A stretch of 64,000 bases of DNA from Candidatus Jordarchaeum sp. LHC_1308. Lineage in GTDB: Archaea > Asgardarchaeota > Jordiarchaeia > Jordiarchaeales > Freyrarchaeaceae. Positions 10,671 to 19,377 of this stretch are shown one piece after another; position 1 is the first letter of the stretch, and every line of letters starts with the position of its first letter. A program made the translations under genes and the position numbers. The stretch is taken from assembly GCA_019057675.1 (NCBI GenBank), contig JAHLWX010000001.1, positions 8,797 through 72,796 of the forward strand, in the 5' to 3' direction. A model generated the notes under the pieces. That model saw nothing but the letters and a program-made list of their open reading frames with translations. It was not told the DNA's origin and ran no database searches.

Positions 10671-11291
10671 TTAGTCGGCTACTTGCAACCATTTTTTAAG
10701 CGAGTTTCCTACTGCGAGACTGGAAAACTCGTCTAAGACTGGAAGTAAGTGGACGTTTTGAGGCAGGGAACACGTGTCTATTGCCTGAACGAAGTTTTGA
10801 ATGAGACCATAGTACTTGGTTCGTCTTATGGATTCCCACATTTTCTTGTCAATGGAACTTCTGGCCTGCCTAACCGTTTCTTTGAGGAAGGGATGCCCCC
10901 CAAGTTTTAGGGCAGTGAATGCCGCCATTAAGAGAGCGATGGATGACGGAGTTTTTCCCGCTTTGCTGTATGTGGAGGCGGCGGCTTTATAACTCTTGAG
11001 GAAGCATTCCAGTGCGTCCTCAAGACGGCCTTCAGCAAAGAGACAGTCGCCCGCTTCTATGTATAACGCAGCGGCACGAACCGGCATGCCTTCAAGCTCA
11101 AAAAATGAGGCACACAGCATAAGCAATGAAGGACACTGCGTGTGAACACCCGATTGATGCATCAACGAGACAGCACTCAGTATGGTTCCTACAGCGCTTA
11201 TAGCTTGGGGGTAAAGTTCTATGATGTTCGAGTTATCTCCTTCCTTGAGGAGACGCACATATTGTTCTAGTATTCGCGTTGCCACCTCCAA
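10671..11291 (-). CDS. Helical/TPR-like hypothetical protein
   Basis: Intact 206-aa ORF; repeated helix signature AALYIEAGDCLFAEGRLEDALECFLKSYKAAASTYSKAG. Confidence 0.6.
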   Translation of the reverse strand: MEVATRILEQYVRLLKEGDNSNIIELYPQAISAVGTILSAVSLMHQSGVHTQCPSLLMLCASFFELEGMPVRAAALYIEAGDCLFAEGRLEDALECFLKSYKAAASTYSKAGKTPSSIALLMAAFTALKLGGHPFLKETVRQARSSIDKKMWESIRRTKYYGLIQNFVQAIDTCSLPQNVHLLPVLDEFSSLAVGNSLKKWLQVAD

Positions 11292-11396
11292 AGCACCACA
11301 CTCCGCTAAAAGGGAAGACTCAATTTTTTCCTCTAATTTCTAGACCAGATAGCTACATTTATAGTTAGTGTGTTAATTGATTTTAAGGGTGAGGCG

Positions 11397-12419
11397 ATGA
11401 AAGTGGCTTCTGGTTGCGACGTGTTCGTAACTCGTTCGAAGGCCGTCGTGTTGGGTAGGAGGGTCGTGTGCGATGGACATGAGGACGGCTATAAATTGAG
11501 GATTGTCACTCATGCTCACTCCGATCACCTCTACGGTTTAAGGGAAAGCGTCAGAAAGTGCGACCTAGTTGTTTCGACAAGGGAAACGAAGGATCTCTTG
11601 ATGGCGCTTGGAAAGAGTGAGGCGCGTTGCCTTGTGGCAGTTAATGGAGGAGACACTTTGAGCTACGGGGAGGAAAAGGTGAAGTTAATTCCGGTAGAAC
11701 ACATTCTGGGAACCGCGCAGGTTCTTGTTGAGAGAGAGGACGGCGCGCGTTGTCTTTACAGTAGCGATTTTAGATTTCGAAGCGCGCCGATAATTAAATG
11801 CGACGTCTTAGTTCTTGACTCAACTTATGGTGCACCCGGCAACGTGCGTCCCAAAATAGAAGAGGTTTATGATGCGTTTTACGCGATAGTTGAAGACGCC
11901 TTAGGTAAAGGGGAACCTGTGCATGTGTTCGGCTTTATTGGAAAAGTCCAAGAGGCAATGGAGCTCCTAAGAAAAAGAAGCGTGGACGATCCATTCGTCG
12001 TCTCGCCTAGAATGTATAGGATATCGAAAATTTATGAAAAATACGGTTTTCATCTGGGAGAATACTACTCGTCAGAAGGACTTGTCGGAAGAAAGGTGCT
12101 AGAGAATGACCTTCACGTAGCTTTCTTCTCGCCTAATGAAAAACACCGCTCAAACATGAACTGCGTGCAAATAGAATTAACAGGATGGCTCTTCAACGTC
12201 CCGTACACCAAGATAGGAGAAAAAAGCTATGTGGTCTCGTTCAGCGGCCACTCTGATTTCAATCAGCTAATAGAATACGTTGATAAATGCAGGCCAAGTT
12301 ACGTTGTAACAGACAATGCTCGTGGAGGTCAAGCTGTAAAGCTGGCTGAGGAAATAGAAAAAAGGCTTGGAATACCAGCCAGCCCGTCTCCTTTAGATAA
12401 TCACACGTTGAGATTATAG
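11397..12419 (+). CDS. Metallo-beta-lactamase fold (SNM1/exonuclease-like) protein
   Basis: THAHSDHLYG, VEHILGTAQVLV, YSSDFRF, SFSGHSDF; start reset to ATG at 11397. Confidence 0.8.
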   Translation: MKVASGCDVFVTRSKAVVLGRRVVCDGHEDGYKLRIVTHAHSDHLYGLRESVRKCDLVVSTRETKDLLMALGKSEARCLVAVNGGDTLSYGEEKVKLIPVEHILGTAQVLVEREDGARCLYSSDFRFRSAPIIKCDVLVLDSTYGAPGNVRPKIEEVYDAFYAIVEDALGKGEPVHVFGFIGKVQEAMELLRKRSVDDPFVVSPRMYRISKIYEKYGFHLGEYYSSEGLVGRKVLENDLHVAFFSPNEKHRSNMNCVQIELTGWLFNVPYTKIGEKSYVVSFSGHSDFNQLIEYVDKCRPSYVVTDNARGGQAVKLAEEIEKRLGIPASPSPLDNHTLRL

Positions 12420-14785
12420 CGTCTACGGTCTAGGAACTCTTGCTTCTTGGGGTCATTCCACGTAGCTTTGATTCCCTGAAGGTATCCTGTGATGCGAGAG
12501 TATATCTCGGCTCTTCGGCTACCGCATTTCGGACATTTGAACTCGACTAATTCTTTAGGCGAGTCGAAGTGGTTATTCCTCCAATCGAAGGTTCCTTGTG
12601 CATGGCAGTCGGGGCAGACCCATATGTCCAGTGTGAAGTCAAAGTACGCGGTTAACGTGTTCCGGGCAACTTTAACGATGAACTTCCACAGGGCGTAGGG
12701 ATCAGGCTGCACGTCGCTGAGGAATATGTGCTGGAGGAAGCCTCCCCCAAGCAGAGGAGCAAACATTGCCTCTTTCTTTATTCTTTCGGCTAGAGGGATG
12801 TCTGCATCCACCGGCTGGTGAACTGAGTTGGTCAGGTAAACGTTTGGGTATTTACCTCGGAGGTATGGTCTCACTTCTGGGTACCGCTCGTAGAGTATCC
12901 TTGCAAGCTTTCCAGCAGCCGACTCAGCCGGCGTCCGTGTGACCTCAAATATGAGGCCTGTCTCCTCTGACCACTCCCTTGCAAGACCATTCATGAACTT
13001 CAAAACTTTGACTGCAAACTTTAGTCCTTCCTCATGCCAAAGTGGGTACCCTGTCACGATCTCTACCATCTCGGCGAACCCTATTGTTCCTATGAGCAGC
13101 TCTCTTTCCTCAGGAACTATCATGTCTTTCCCACTAGGCCTCTTGACGTTGTATAAGGGAGCTAGACCGAGACGCTTAATGCGCTTGACAACCTCATACC
13201 TGTGAAGCAAGCTTGGAACAGTCACTTCGTTTATTATCCTTCCAAAGTCATCGAAGAAAGCGTCCTCGTCCCGACCCATAGTTCTGGCGGCTGAGGCAAC
13301 AGGATTAGGAGTATCCATCTGCATGGCGCCGTAGACGGCGTTTCCAGAGATGTATTCTTCAACTTGCTCCGGGGTTTTAGCACCCCAAGTGTGGGAGCAA
13401 CAGGAGACACAGCCGCCAATTACAGTTTTCCGCCAGTTTAGATAATTGACGAAGTAGGGTAACCCATACTTCGCCGTTAGCCTAGCGGCCCAAACGTATG
13501 CCTCCTCAAATTCGGGCTTCATCCACTCTTCTCTAAGTTCAATGTTGAGCTTTGGATAGTTGAACAGCTTCCCGTACCTGTCACCATAATACATGACCTT
13601 CATGAACTCTATGAAGTAAGTCTTAACCTCGTCGATGAAGTCGCCGTAAACATACTTTTCACTTATTTTGCCTCCAGGAAGTATCACGGGTTCATTCATG
13701 AACTCTTTCTTTATCCCTGGACCAATGTCTATTGAGGTAAACGGCACCTGTCCGCCTCTTGCAACGTACTGCTGTGTGGCAATATACGGGGTATGTTGGC
13801 ATGCCTGCTCAACCTCACGTTGTGAGACACGTTTCAGAACATATGCAACGATGGATTGAATTATTTCTCTCGGAACCTGAGTGAACCTTTGATAAAGCTC
13901 GTCGGTTAATCCCAATAAAGGCTGGTTCATCTCGGCAACTAATTGTGCGGCACTTTTCAGCGCCTCTTCCTGCTTGAGCCCTCTAAGGTACCAAGCTATG
14001 CTCTCCATCCAATTATGGAAGCCTTGTCCTCCCGACATGTTGCTCTGCCAAGATGCTAGCCAAATTGCAGCATGATTAACAAAGACTGCCAAGTGCTTTG
14101 GTGGGCCAGCGCTCGACGAATGCATTCCTCCTAAGCCGTCGGGCTCCAACCCCATGATGACGAAAAGACGCGGATCCCAAGAAGCACAGTAATCCCTTAT
14201 GCTCGTGTATTCCCTATCTTTATGGTAATTGTCACCGTTCAAGTGAGCATCAGCTATGTTGGTGTCGAAGGACAGCGTTTTCCCTGTGGGAACATTTACC
14301 TCCAAGTGTCCGGGCAGAGTTAAGTAAGTGTGTTCAGTCATCACACGGTCATAGATCACCTTGGCGATGGTCTCCGGGTTTATCTGGAGGTTGGCGTTCC
14401 AAGTATGCTGCAGAGGATTAATGATCATTTCGTTAAGGTCGTAGATTGGTATACCTATCCTAGTGTATCTCTTCCTAGCTTCCACCAAACCCATTTCAGC
14501 CAGCACTGAACAGCACATTTCACGTATCATGGGGCCTGACAACCACTGCACGTTAGACGAGAGTATACGTTTGACAACGCTCTTGGCAACCTCAGATGCT
14601 ACATCTCTACTGACGCCAGCTTCCTTAACAAGGCTATCAATAATCTTGTTGACATTGAAAGGTTCTATCATTCCTCTATTTGTCCTTACAGTAGGCATCA
14701 ACGAGTACCAAAATGATTCATCTTTTTCTTCACGAGATGATTCTTCTTCCGCACGACCAAAAACTGGTTTCACCAATCGAATCAC
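12401..14785 (-). CDS. nrdD: Anaerobic ribonucleoside-triphosphate reductase
   Basis: GGQGFHNWMESIAWYLRG, GCVSCCSHTWGAKTPEQ, C-terminal Cys4 zinc site and SRITGYLQ glycyl-radical region. Confidence 0.88.
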   Translation of the reverse strand: MIRLVKPVFGRAEEESSREEKDESFWYSLMPTVRTNRGMIEPFNVNKIIDSLVKEAGVSRDVASEVAKSVVKRILSSNVQWLSGPMIREMCCSVLAEMGLVEARKRYTRIGIPIYDLNEMIINPLQHTWNANLQINPETIAKVIYDRVMTEHTYLTLPGHLEVNVPTGKTLSFDTNIADAHLNGDNYHKDREYTSIRDYCASWDPRLFVIMGLEPDGLGGMHSSSAGPPKHLAVFVNHAAIWLASWQSNMSGGQGFHNWMESIAWYLRGLKQEEALKSAAQLVAEMNQPLLGLTDELYQRFTQVPREIIQSIVAYVLKRVSQREVEQACQHTPYIATQQYVARGGQVPFTSIDIGPGIKKEFMNEPVILPGGKISEKYVYGDFIDEVKTYFIEFMKVMYYGDRYGKLFNYPKLNIELREEWMKPEFEEAYVWAARLTAKYGLPYFVNYLNWRKTVIGGCVSCCSHTWGAKTPEQVEEYISGNAVYGAMQMDTPNPVASAARTMGRDEDAFFDDFGRIINEVTVPSLLHRYEVVKRIKRLGLAPLYNVKRPSGKDMIVPEERELLIGTIGFAEMVEIVTGYPLWHEEGLKFAVKVLKFMNGLAREWSEETGLIFEVTRTPAESAAGKLARILYERYPEVRPYLRGKYPNVYLTNSVHQPVDADIPLAERIKKEAMFAPLLGGGFLQHIFLSDVQPDPYALWKFIVKVARNTLTAYFDFTLDIWVCPDCHAQGTFDWRNNHFDSPKELVEFKCPKCGSRRAEIYSRITGYLQGIKATWNDPKKQEFLDRRRYNLNV

Positions 14786-15123
14786 CCTTTTATCAGCATG
14801 TTTCTCAACTCTTCGTAGGATACAGGGTCACCTAAAACCAAAAGTTGCATACCATCTTCCCCAACAGCAACTATGGCTGGCGTACTAGCAATGTATATCT
14901 GGTTCTGGAGTAGCTCGAATTCAAGCTCCTCTGGAAGCTTCGTGACATCAAACACTTCTAGCGGGATGTGAAATTCCTCACTAACTTTCTCAGCCGCCTT
15001 CTTGGCTACGGGACAGTTAGGACAATTCTCCTGCGTGAATACCAAAAGTTTACTCACCTTCACAACTCGAGCCTCCCCAAAAAAGGACACCGGATAAAAG
15101 TCTAAGTCGTTATGCTTCATCAT
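14782..15123 (-). CDS. Thioredoxin/glutaredoxin-like protein
   Basis: FTQENCPNCPVAKKAAEKV and STPAIVAVG; overlaps nrdD start. Confidence 0.8.
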   Translation of the reverse strand: MMKHNDLDFYPVSFFGEARVVKVSKLLVFTQENCPNCPVAKKAAEKVSEEFHIPLEVFDVTKLPEELEFELLQNQIYIASTPAIVAVGEDGMQLLVLGDPVSYEELRNMLIKG

Positions 15124-15331
15124 TCAGTTAAGAAATAACGAGAAAAAGCGAATTTAAAAGTTTCCTTAATCCTTGAAACAATGGATCATTTAAAACGTGT
15201 AGTTGTCGCTCTCCAAAAAGCATCGATAACTCTATATTATATAGACTCAGAATATGAACGATTCCTTAGCTTAAAATACGAGTAAAAAGTATGCTGAATT
15301 CCCTTGAACTATAAAGAATGACGGCGGGAAA

Positions 15332-15925
15332 TTACGGTTCTTCTCTTCCTTTAAAGTACTTCGCCACCACGTAAATTTCAGCGCTTTGTTTTCTCGATGC
15401 AGACGGCTTGGTCGTGTAGACCTTTTTGAAGTAGAGACGAACCTCGTTAAGCAGGGATTCGTATTCAGCGCCCTGAAAAACTTTTAGAACTAGGTTGCCG
15501 TCCTTTCTTAGAAGCTTTTTAGCGATGCTTAGGCTTTCCCTAGCAAGTTGGAGTTGGCGTTCATGGTCTAAGCTCCATATTCCGCTAACTTTAGGCGAGC
15601 AGTCACTTAGCACCAAATCTACTTTATCCGTCACTTCTAAAATCTCATTTAGGATTTTTTCGTTCCGAATGTCGCCCTTTATGAATATGACTCCGTTTAT
15701 GCTTTCTATTTCTGACAGGTCAACGCCGATTATCACTCCATCATTGCCCAAATATTCCTTTGCTACTTGGAGCCAGCCTCCGGGAGAACAGCAAAGATCT
15801 AAAACAGCCTTCACACCCTTGAAAATACCGAATCTAGCAGCGATTTCCTTTAGTTTGTAAGCGGCCCTAGAACGGTAGCCTTCCTTGCGGGCTTTGAAGT
15901 AGTAGTAGTCCTTTTTCCTGCTCAA
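15332..15925 (-). CDS. rlmE: FtsJ/RlmE-family 23S rRNA 2'-O-methyltransferase
   Basis: RSRAAYKLKEI, DLCCSPGGWLQVAKE, DLVLSDCSPKVSG, VLKVFQG. Confidence 0.93.
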   Translation of the reverse strand: MSRKKDYYYFKARKEGYRSRAAYKLKEIAARFGIFKGVKAVLDLCCSPGGWLQVAKEYLGNDGVIIGVDLSEIESINGVIFIKGDIRNEKILNEILEVTDKVDLVLSDCSPKVSGIWSLDHERQLQLARESLSIAKKLLRKDGNLVLKVFQGAEYESLLNEVRLYFKKVYTTKPSASRKQSAEIYVVAKYFKGREEP

Positions 15926-16033
15926 ACTTCTTGACCCTCCATGTCGAAGGATTTCCAGTCGTCTTTTCCTGTTTTGGGAAAAGTTTTAATTAAAGAATTT
16001 ATCCTTTTGGGGTAAGATAATGGTGGGCCCTGC

Positions 16034-16882
16034 TTGATGGAAGATGGAGAATTTTATAGAGCCAAGATCTCGGAGCTTGAAAGGAAACGTCTTGACTTGC
16101 AGGAGGAGCTTGGAAGGCTCAGAAAGCATGCCGAAAAACATAGGGAGATCAGAAATAAGAAGAATAACGAAGTAAAGTCCATAATTCAGACACTAAAGGA
16201 AGTTAGAGAGAAGAGAAGGGTGAAACTTGAGGAGATGGGCAGGCTTAAAGAAGAATTAAGAGAAGTCAAGGACAGGCTTAGAAAAGTTGTGGAGGAAAAG
16301 AGGGAGATAAGCTGGAGAGAGCATCCTAACGAGGAGGATATTAAACGTAGGATTGATAGTTTAGAGTGGAAAATCCAAGTTGTTCCTCTTTCTCTTGAAG
16401 AGGAGAAGAAAATTGTGGCCGAGATAGCTAAGCTTGAGAAAGAAGCCCTAGAAGCGGAGGAGCAAAGGAAAACATATGAAAGGCTATGTCAACAAATTGG
16501 AGAACTCAAAGCAAGAAAGGAGAAAATCCTTACGAGTATGAACTCATTAAAAGAGGAAGTTGCGGAGCTCAATAAGCAAATTAAATTTTTGGAGGAAAAG
16601 TTTAATGAATTAAGAGGGGAGGCCGACCAAGCACATAAAAACTATCTAGAGTTGTTCGAGAAAATAATTAAAGGGGAGAATGAGTTAGAGAAGCTGGTTG
16701 AGGAGGAAGGAATCTACAGGAGGATGTACATTAAAGCGATTGAGAAGAAGAAAGAGAAGGAAGAGAACGAGAGAAGACGTGCTTTGAAGGAGAAAGCAGC
16801 TGCTATCAGGGAGAAACTTAGGAGAGGAGAGAAGGTCAATATACATGAATTAAGGGTCGTTTTTCTTGAAGAGGAAGACTAG
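16034..16882 (+). CDS. Coiled-coil protein of unknown function
   Basis: Long heptad-rich charged ORF over its full length. Confidence 0.75.
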   Translation: MMEDGEFYRAKISELERKRLDLQEELGRLRKHAEKHREIRNKKNNEVKSIIQTLKEVREKRRVKLEEMGRLKEELREVKDRLRKVVEEKREISWREHPNEEDIKRRIDSLEWKIQVVPLSLEEEKKIVAEIAKLEKEALEAEEQRKTYERLCQQIGELKARKEKILTSMNSLKEEVAELNKQIKFLEEKFNELRGEADQAHKNYLELFEKIIKGENELEKLVEEEGIYRRMYIKAIEKKKEKEENERRRALKEKAAAIREKLRRGEKVNIHELRVVFLEEED

Positions 16883-17344
16883 TTATTCCTCAAAGGTTGC
16901 TGTTGCTCCTTCAGCTTCTTCAACGGAAACCCTGAGATGAATGCTAGTTGGTAGAAACTTTTTTAGTTGGTGGTGAATGTACTCTGCTATTTTCTCTGCT
17001 GTTGTAGCTTCTACAGGTAGGAAGGCGACGTCGTTTCTCGGAAGAACATACCTTCGATCACCAAGCATAATGTAGACTTCACCTTCACCTTCCTTCAGCG
17101 TTAATCCCTGGGCCTTAGTTGGCACTAATACACGGTGATCCAATGATTCACAGACAGATTTCACCGCATAGCGTAGGGTGAAGAAATCAATCACCATCTG
17201 ATCCGCATTTAATATGGTTGATGACGCTTCCACCCGTACCTTATAGTTATGGCCGTGGAGGCGGGCACATTTTTCATGCGAAAGCAAGAAGTGAGCTGCT
17301 GAAAAAACAAGGTCTGCTCTTTCAACAGTAACTCTATACGGCAA
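16883..17344 (-). CDS. queD: 6-carboxy-tetrahydropterin synthase / 6-pyruvoyl-tetrahydropterin synthase family
   Basis: FSAAHFLLSHEKCARLHGHNYKVRVEAS, SLDHRVLVP; next to DUF366 and queE-like gene. Confidence 0.82.
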   Translation of the reverse strand: MPYRVTVERADLVFSAAHFLLSHEKCARLHGHNYKVRVEASSTILNADQMVIDFFTLRYAVKSVCESLDHRVLVPTKAQGLTLKEGEGEVYIMLGDRRYVLPRNDVAFLPVEATTAEKIAEYIHHQLKKFLPTSIHLRVSVEEAEGATATFEE

Positions 17345-17357
17345 AATTCACTCCTCC

Positions 17358-17984
17358 CTAGAATGTTCTAGACTTTGCAACATCTTTATCGATATCTAGA
17401 ACTTCATGCCGGTATCTCACAGCAAGAGAGATAGCAAAGGCTTCAACATTTTCTCTTTTAAAGCCTAGGTCTAAGAGGGAAGCTACGCTAATATCTGGTG
17501 GAACACCCTTAGAAGATATGTTGAAAGCGAAGTGCATTTTGCCAGATGCCGAGGACACTGTTGCAACGCCCACATTAAGCTTGCCATCGTTAAAGTAGAA
17601 GTCAGTACCTTTACGCATTAACTTTACGTTGCAGGTCTCTTCGACAAGTTCTTTGAAGAGAAACGCAAGAATCCTTAGGCGGTGATACATGAGGCGTAAT
17701 GAGGGGGGCTGCTGGTCGAAGTGCTCAATGACGATGCTTACTGCTTCGTCTGCGCATATAACTGGGCGTCCTTTTTCTCCTTCAACTACAAAGTCCTTTA
17801 TGTCCACAAGCTCAGAGGCTTCAACTTTAAGTGGTCCATTGAAAACTATCACCGAGTCGCCTTGTACGCCGAATTTTCTAAGAGCCCAAAGAGGTTTGAT
17901 CTCTTCTCCCGTGTAGGTCATTTTATACTTAAATGGGAGCAACGCCACTATTAACGGCTCTTTTTCCAGTACCTTTAACTCCAA
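17358..17984 (-). CDS. DUF366-like protein
   Basis: Full ORF; VIEHFDQQPPSLRLMYHRLR...KGTDFYFNDGKLNVGVAT; located between queD and queE. Confidence 0.65.
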   Translation of the reverse strand: MELKVLEKEPLIVALLPFKYKMTYTGEEIKPLWALRKFGVQGDSVIVFNGPLKVEASELVDIKDFVVEGEKGRPVICADEAVSIVIEHFDQQPPSLRLMYHRLRILAFLFKELVEETCNVKLMRKGTDFYFNDGKLNVGVATVSSASGKMHFAFNISSKGVPPDISVASLLDLGFKRENVEAFAISLAVRYRHEVLDIDKDVAKSRTF

Positions 17985-18005
17985 CGTTAAAGCCTCCTGG
18001 AGTCT

Positions 18006-18853
18006 TCAGGGTATGCCCAGAAACTTGTGAACCTGTATGGATAGTGAAACGTTCTCACTTCCCAAATGGCGTGCGGCTGTTTCTGTAAAAGCGCGAAGTT
18101 GTTGGAAACTCGGAGAGCGATAGCCATTCTTAGGGGTTACTGGCTGAATGCACATAGGGCAATTAATTTTCGAAAGCTCGCGTGAGTACCATTCAATGTT
18201 TTCTGGTTTGGTTTTCGAAGTGACTACAACCTTAGCGAAGACCGCCACTCCAGCATCTGAAAGTATCTTTATGGTTTCCAGTTCTAGGTCGACGAGCTTT
18301 CTCCAGTTTTCTGCGGCACCAGCTGATTCATCCTTAATGTCACAGCAGCAGTAGTCTAGCGAATGGGAAATCCTAGCAACGTGTGTAGGCATTGAACCGT
18401 TCGTCTCTAAATACAGTTTGAAGCCTTCATTTTTAAGGGATTCCACTGTTGAAACAAGGAACTCCGGCTGAAACAACGGTTCCCCACCAGTCAGCGATAT
18501 GACGTGGGTATCTGGCGAGTAAAGCCTATGAGCCCACTCAACTATAAAGCTTGGCTCAATAGGGTTTCTGAAACGAAGCTTCTTGTTGGTTAATGTCACT
18601 ATTTTTAAGTGAGTAGGATTAGGCTGTATAGCGTGGGGGGTTTTGCGCTTTTTCGGAGTCGCACCACCCACATCCTCGCCTGCCAAAGGTCCCAAGTCCA
18701 ATGTTACACCCTGAGAAGCGGATAATTCGACGGCATTGAGCCTATATCGTCCGCCGCCCATAGTTTGACCCCTTCACACTTCCACCCTCGCCTTCACCCT
18801 TCCTAATCGGAAGATTGGTAGGAGGAGAAAACTTCACTTACCCACCCTTTCAT
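18006..18853 (-). CDS. queE: 7-carboxy-7-deazaguanine synthase (QueE-like radical SAM) interrupted by three to four short BHB-type introns
   Basis: Removing 18793..18814, 18726..18743, 18673..18690 and 18628..18643 from 848 nt leaves 774 nt = 258 codons, restoring MKGWVSEVFSSYQGEGGSVKGSNYGRRTIFIRFSGCN...CGWCDS...TGGEPL; the uninterrupted ORF track covers only 18006..18761 and lacks the Cys motif. Confidence 0.82.
18628..18643 (-). other. Candidate relaxed BHB intron 4 of queE (16 nt, frame-restoring)
   Basis: RNA sense AGCG-CA^A-aaccccccа loop region-CGCT-AT^A: four-bp central helix AGCG/CGCT but no inner helix; 16 nt restores the downstream frame (EKAQ-QPNPTHLKIV). Confidence 0.4.
18673..18690 (-). 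other. Candidate BHB intron 3 of queE (18 nt, frame-neutral)
   Basis: RNA sense CTTG-GG^A-CCT-ttggc-AGG-CGAG-GA^T; gives CNIGLGCGWCDS instead of CNIGLGTFGRRGCGWCDS. Confidence 0.55.
18726..18743 (-). other. Putative BHB intron 2 of queE (18 nt)
   Basis: RNA sense CGAT-AT^A-GGC-tcaat-GCC-GTCG-AA^T; splicing removes an in-frame TAG and gives GRRTI-F-IRFSGCN. Confidence 0.85.
18793..18814 (-). other. Putative BHB intron 1 of queE (22 nt)
   Basis: RNA sense TACC-AA^T-CTTCC-gatta-GGAAG-GGTG-AA^G: inner helix CTTCC/GGAAG, 4-bp central helix TACC/GGTG, two 3-nt bulges; splicing joins SSYQ to GEGG and removes an in-frame TAG. Confidence 0.85.
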
Positions 18854-18885
18854 AAACGCACCACCCTTTGTGATTACTATTTTCT

Positions 18886-19377
18886 ATGGAGGCAAAAGTG
18901 CAAAAAAGTTTAATTAATTTCCCAGAGTTAGCGTGCAAATGGGAAAAGGGGCGCTTAAAATTGTCACTGCTAAGACTACTAGTTCCCAAAACAGAGATAG
19001 ACGTCTGTAGCGTGCGTTCAGTTGAACAGTCGATAGGTAAGGCCGAGAAAGGCTTGGAAGGTTACATTGAAACAACTGCTGTAATTCTTATGCACAAAGA
19101 GGATATGCGTAAAATGGGCGTGAAGAATGGGGGGAAAGTTAAGGTTTCTTCGGCTTATGGATCGGTTGTCGTTAAAGTATACGAAACAGATGAGACTAGG
19201 CCGGGATTGGCACTTATGCCTAACGGGCCATGGTTCAACGCAATAACGGGAGGGGATATACAGGTAACTTGGGGGGACCACTATTATTTAGTGAAGGCTA
19301 TGTTAGAGACGACCGATAAGGAAGTTACTAGGTTGGAGGAGATAGAAGAAAATTTCACTAGGGAGGACAAGGAATGA
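18886..19377 (+). CDS. fwdD: Formylmethanofuran dehydrogenase subunit D-like (molybdopterin dinucleotide-binding domain)
   Basis: GVKNGGKVKVSSAYGSVVVKV..MPNGPWFNAITGGD; operonic with fwdA/fwdB. Confidence 0.85.
   Translation: MEAKVQKSLINFPELACKWEKGRLKLSLLRLLVPKTEIDVCSVRSVEQSIGKAEKGLEGYIETTAVILMHKEDMRKMGVKNGGKVKVSSAYGSVVVKVYETDETRPGLALMPNGPWFNAITGGDIQVTWGDHYYLVKAMLETTDKEVTRLEEIEENFTREDKE

Noticed and set aside
12489-13859. Antisense ORFs in the supplied track over nrdD
   Set aside because: They lie entirely opposite a conserved gene, have low-complexity composition and no recognisable motifs; the same reasoning applies to most short antisense ORFs in the track
18006-18761. queE as a pseudogene or as an ORF starting at MGGGRYRLNAVELSA
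   Set aside because: The breaks coincide with BHB folds and excision restores an exact frame and conserved motif; the remaining ~230 codons are undamaged, which is not expected of a decaying gene. Sequencing error remains possible only for the fourth break at the C6 homopolymer
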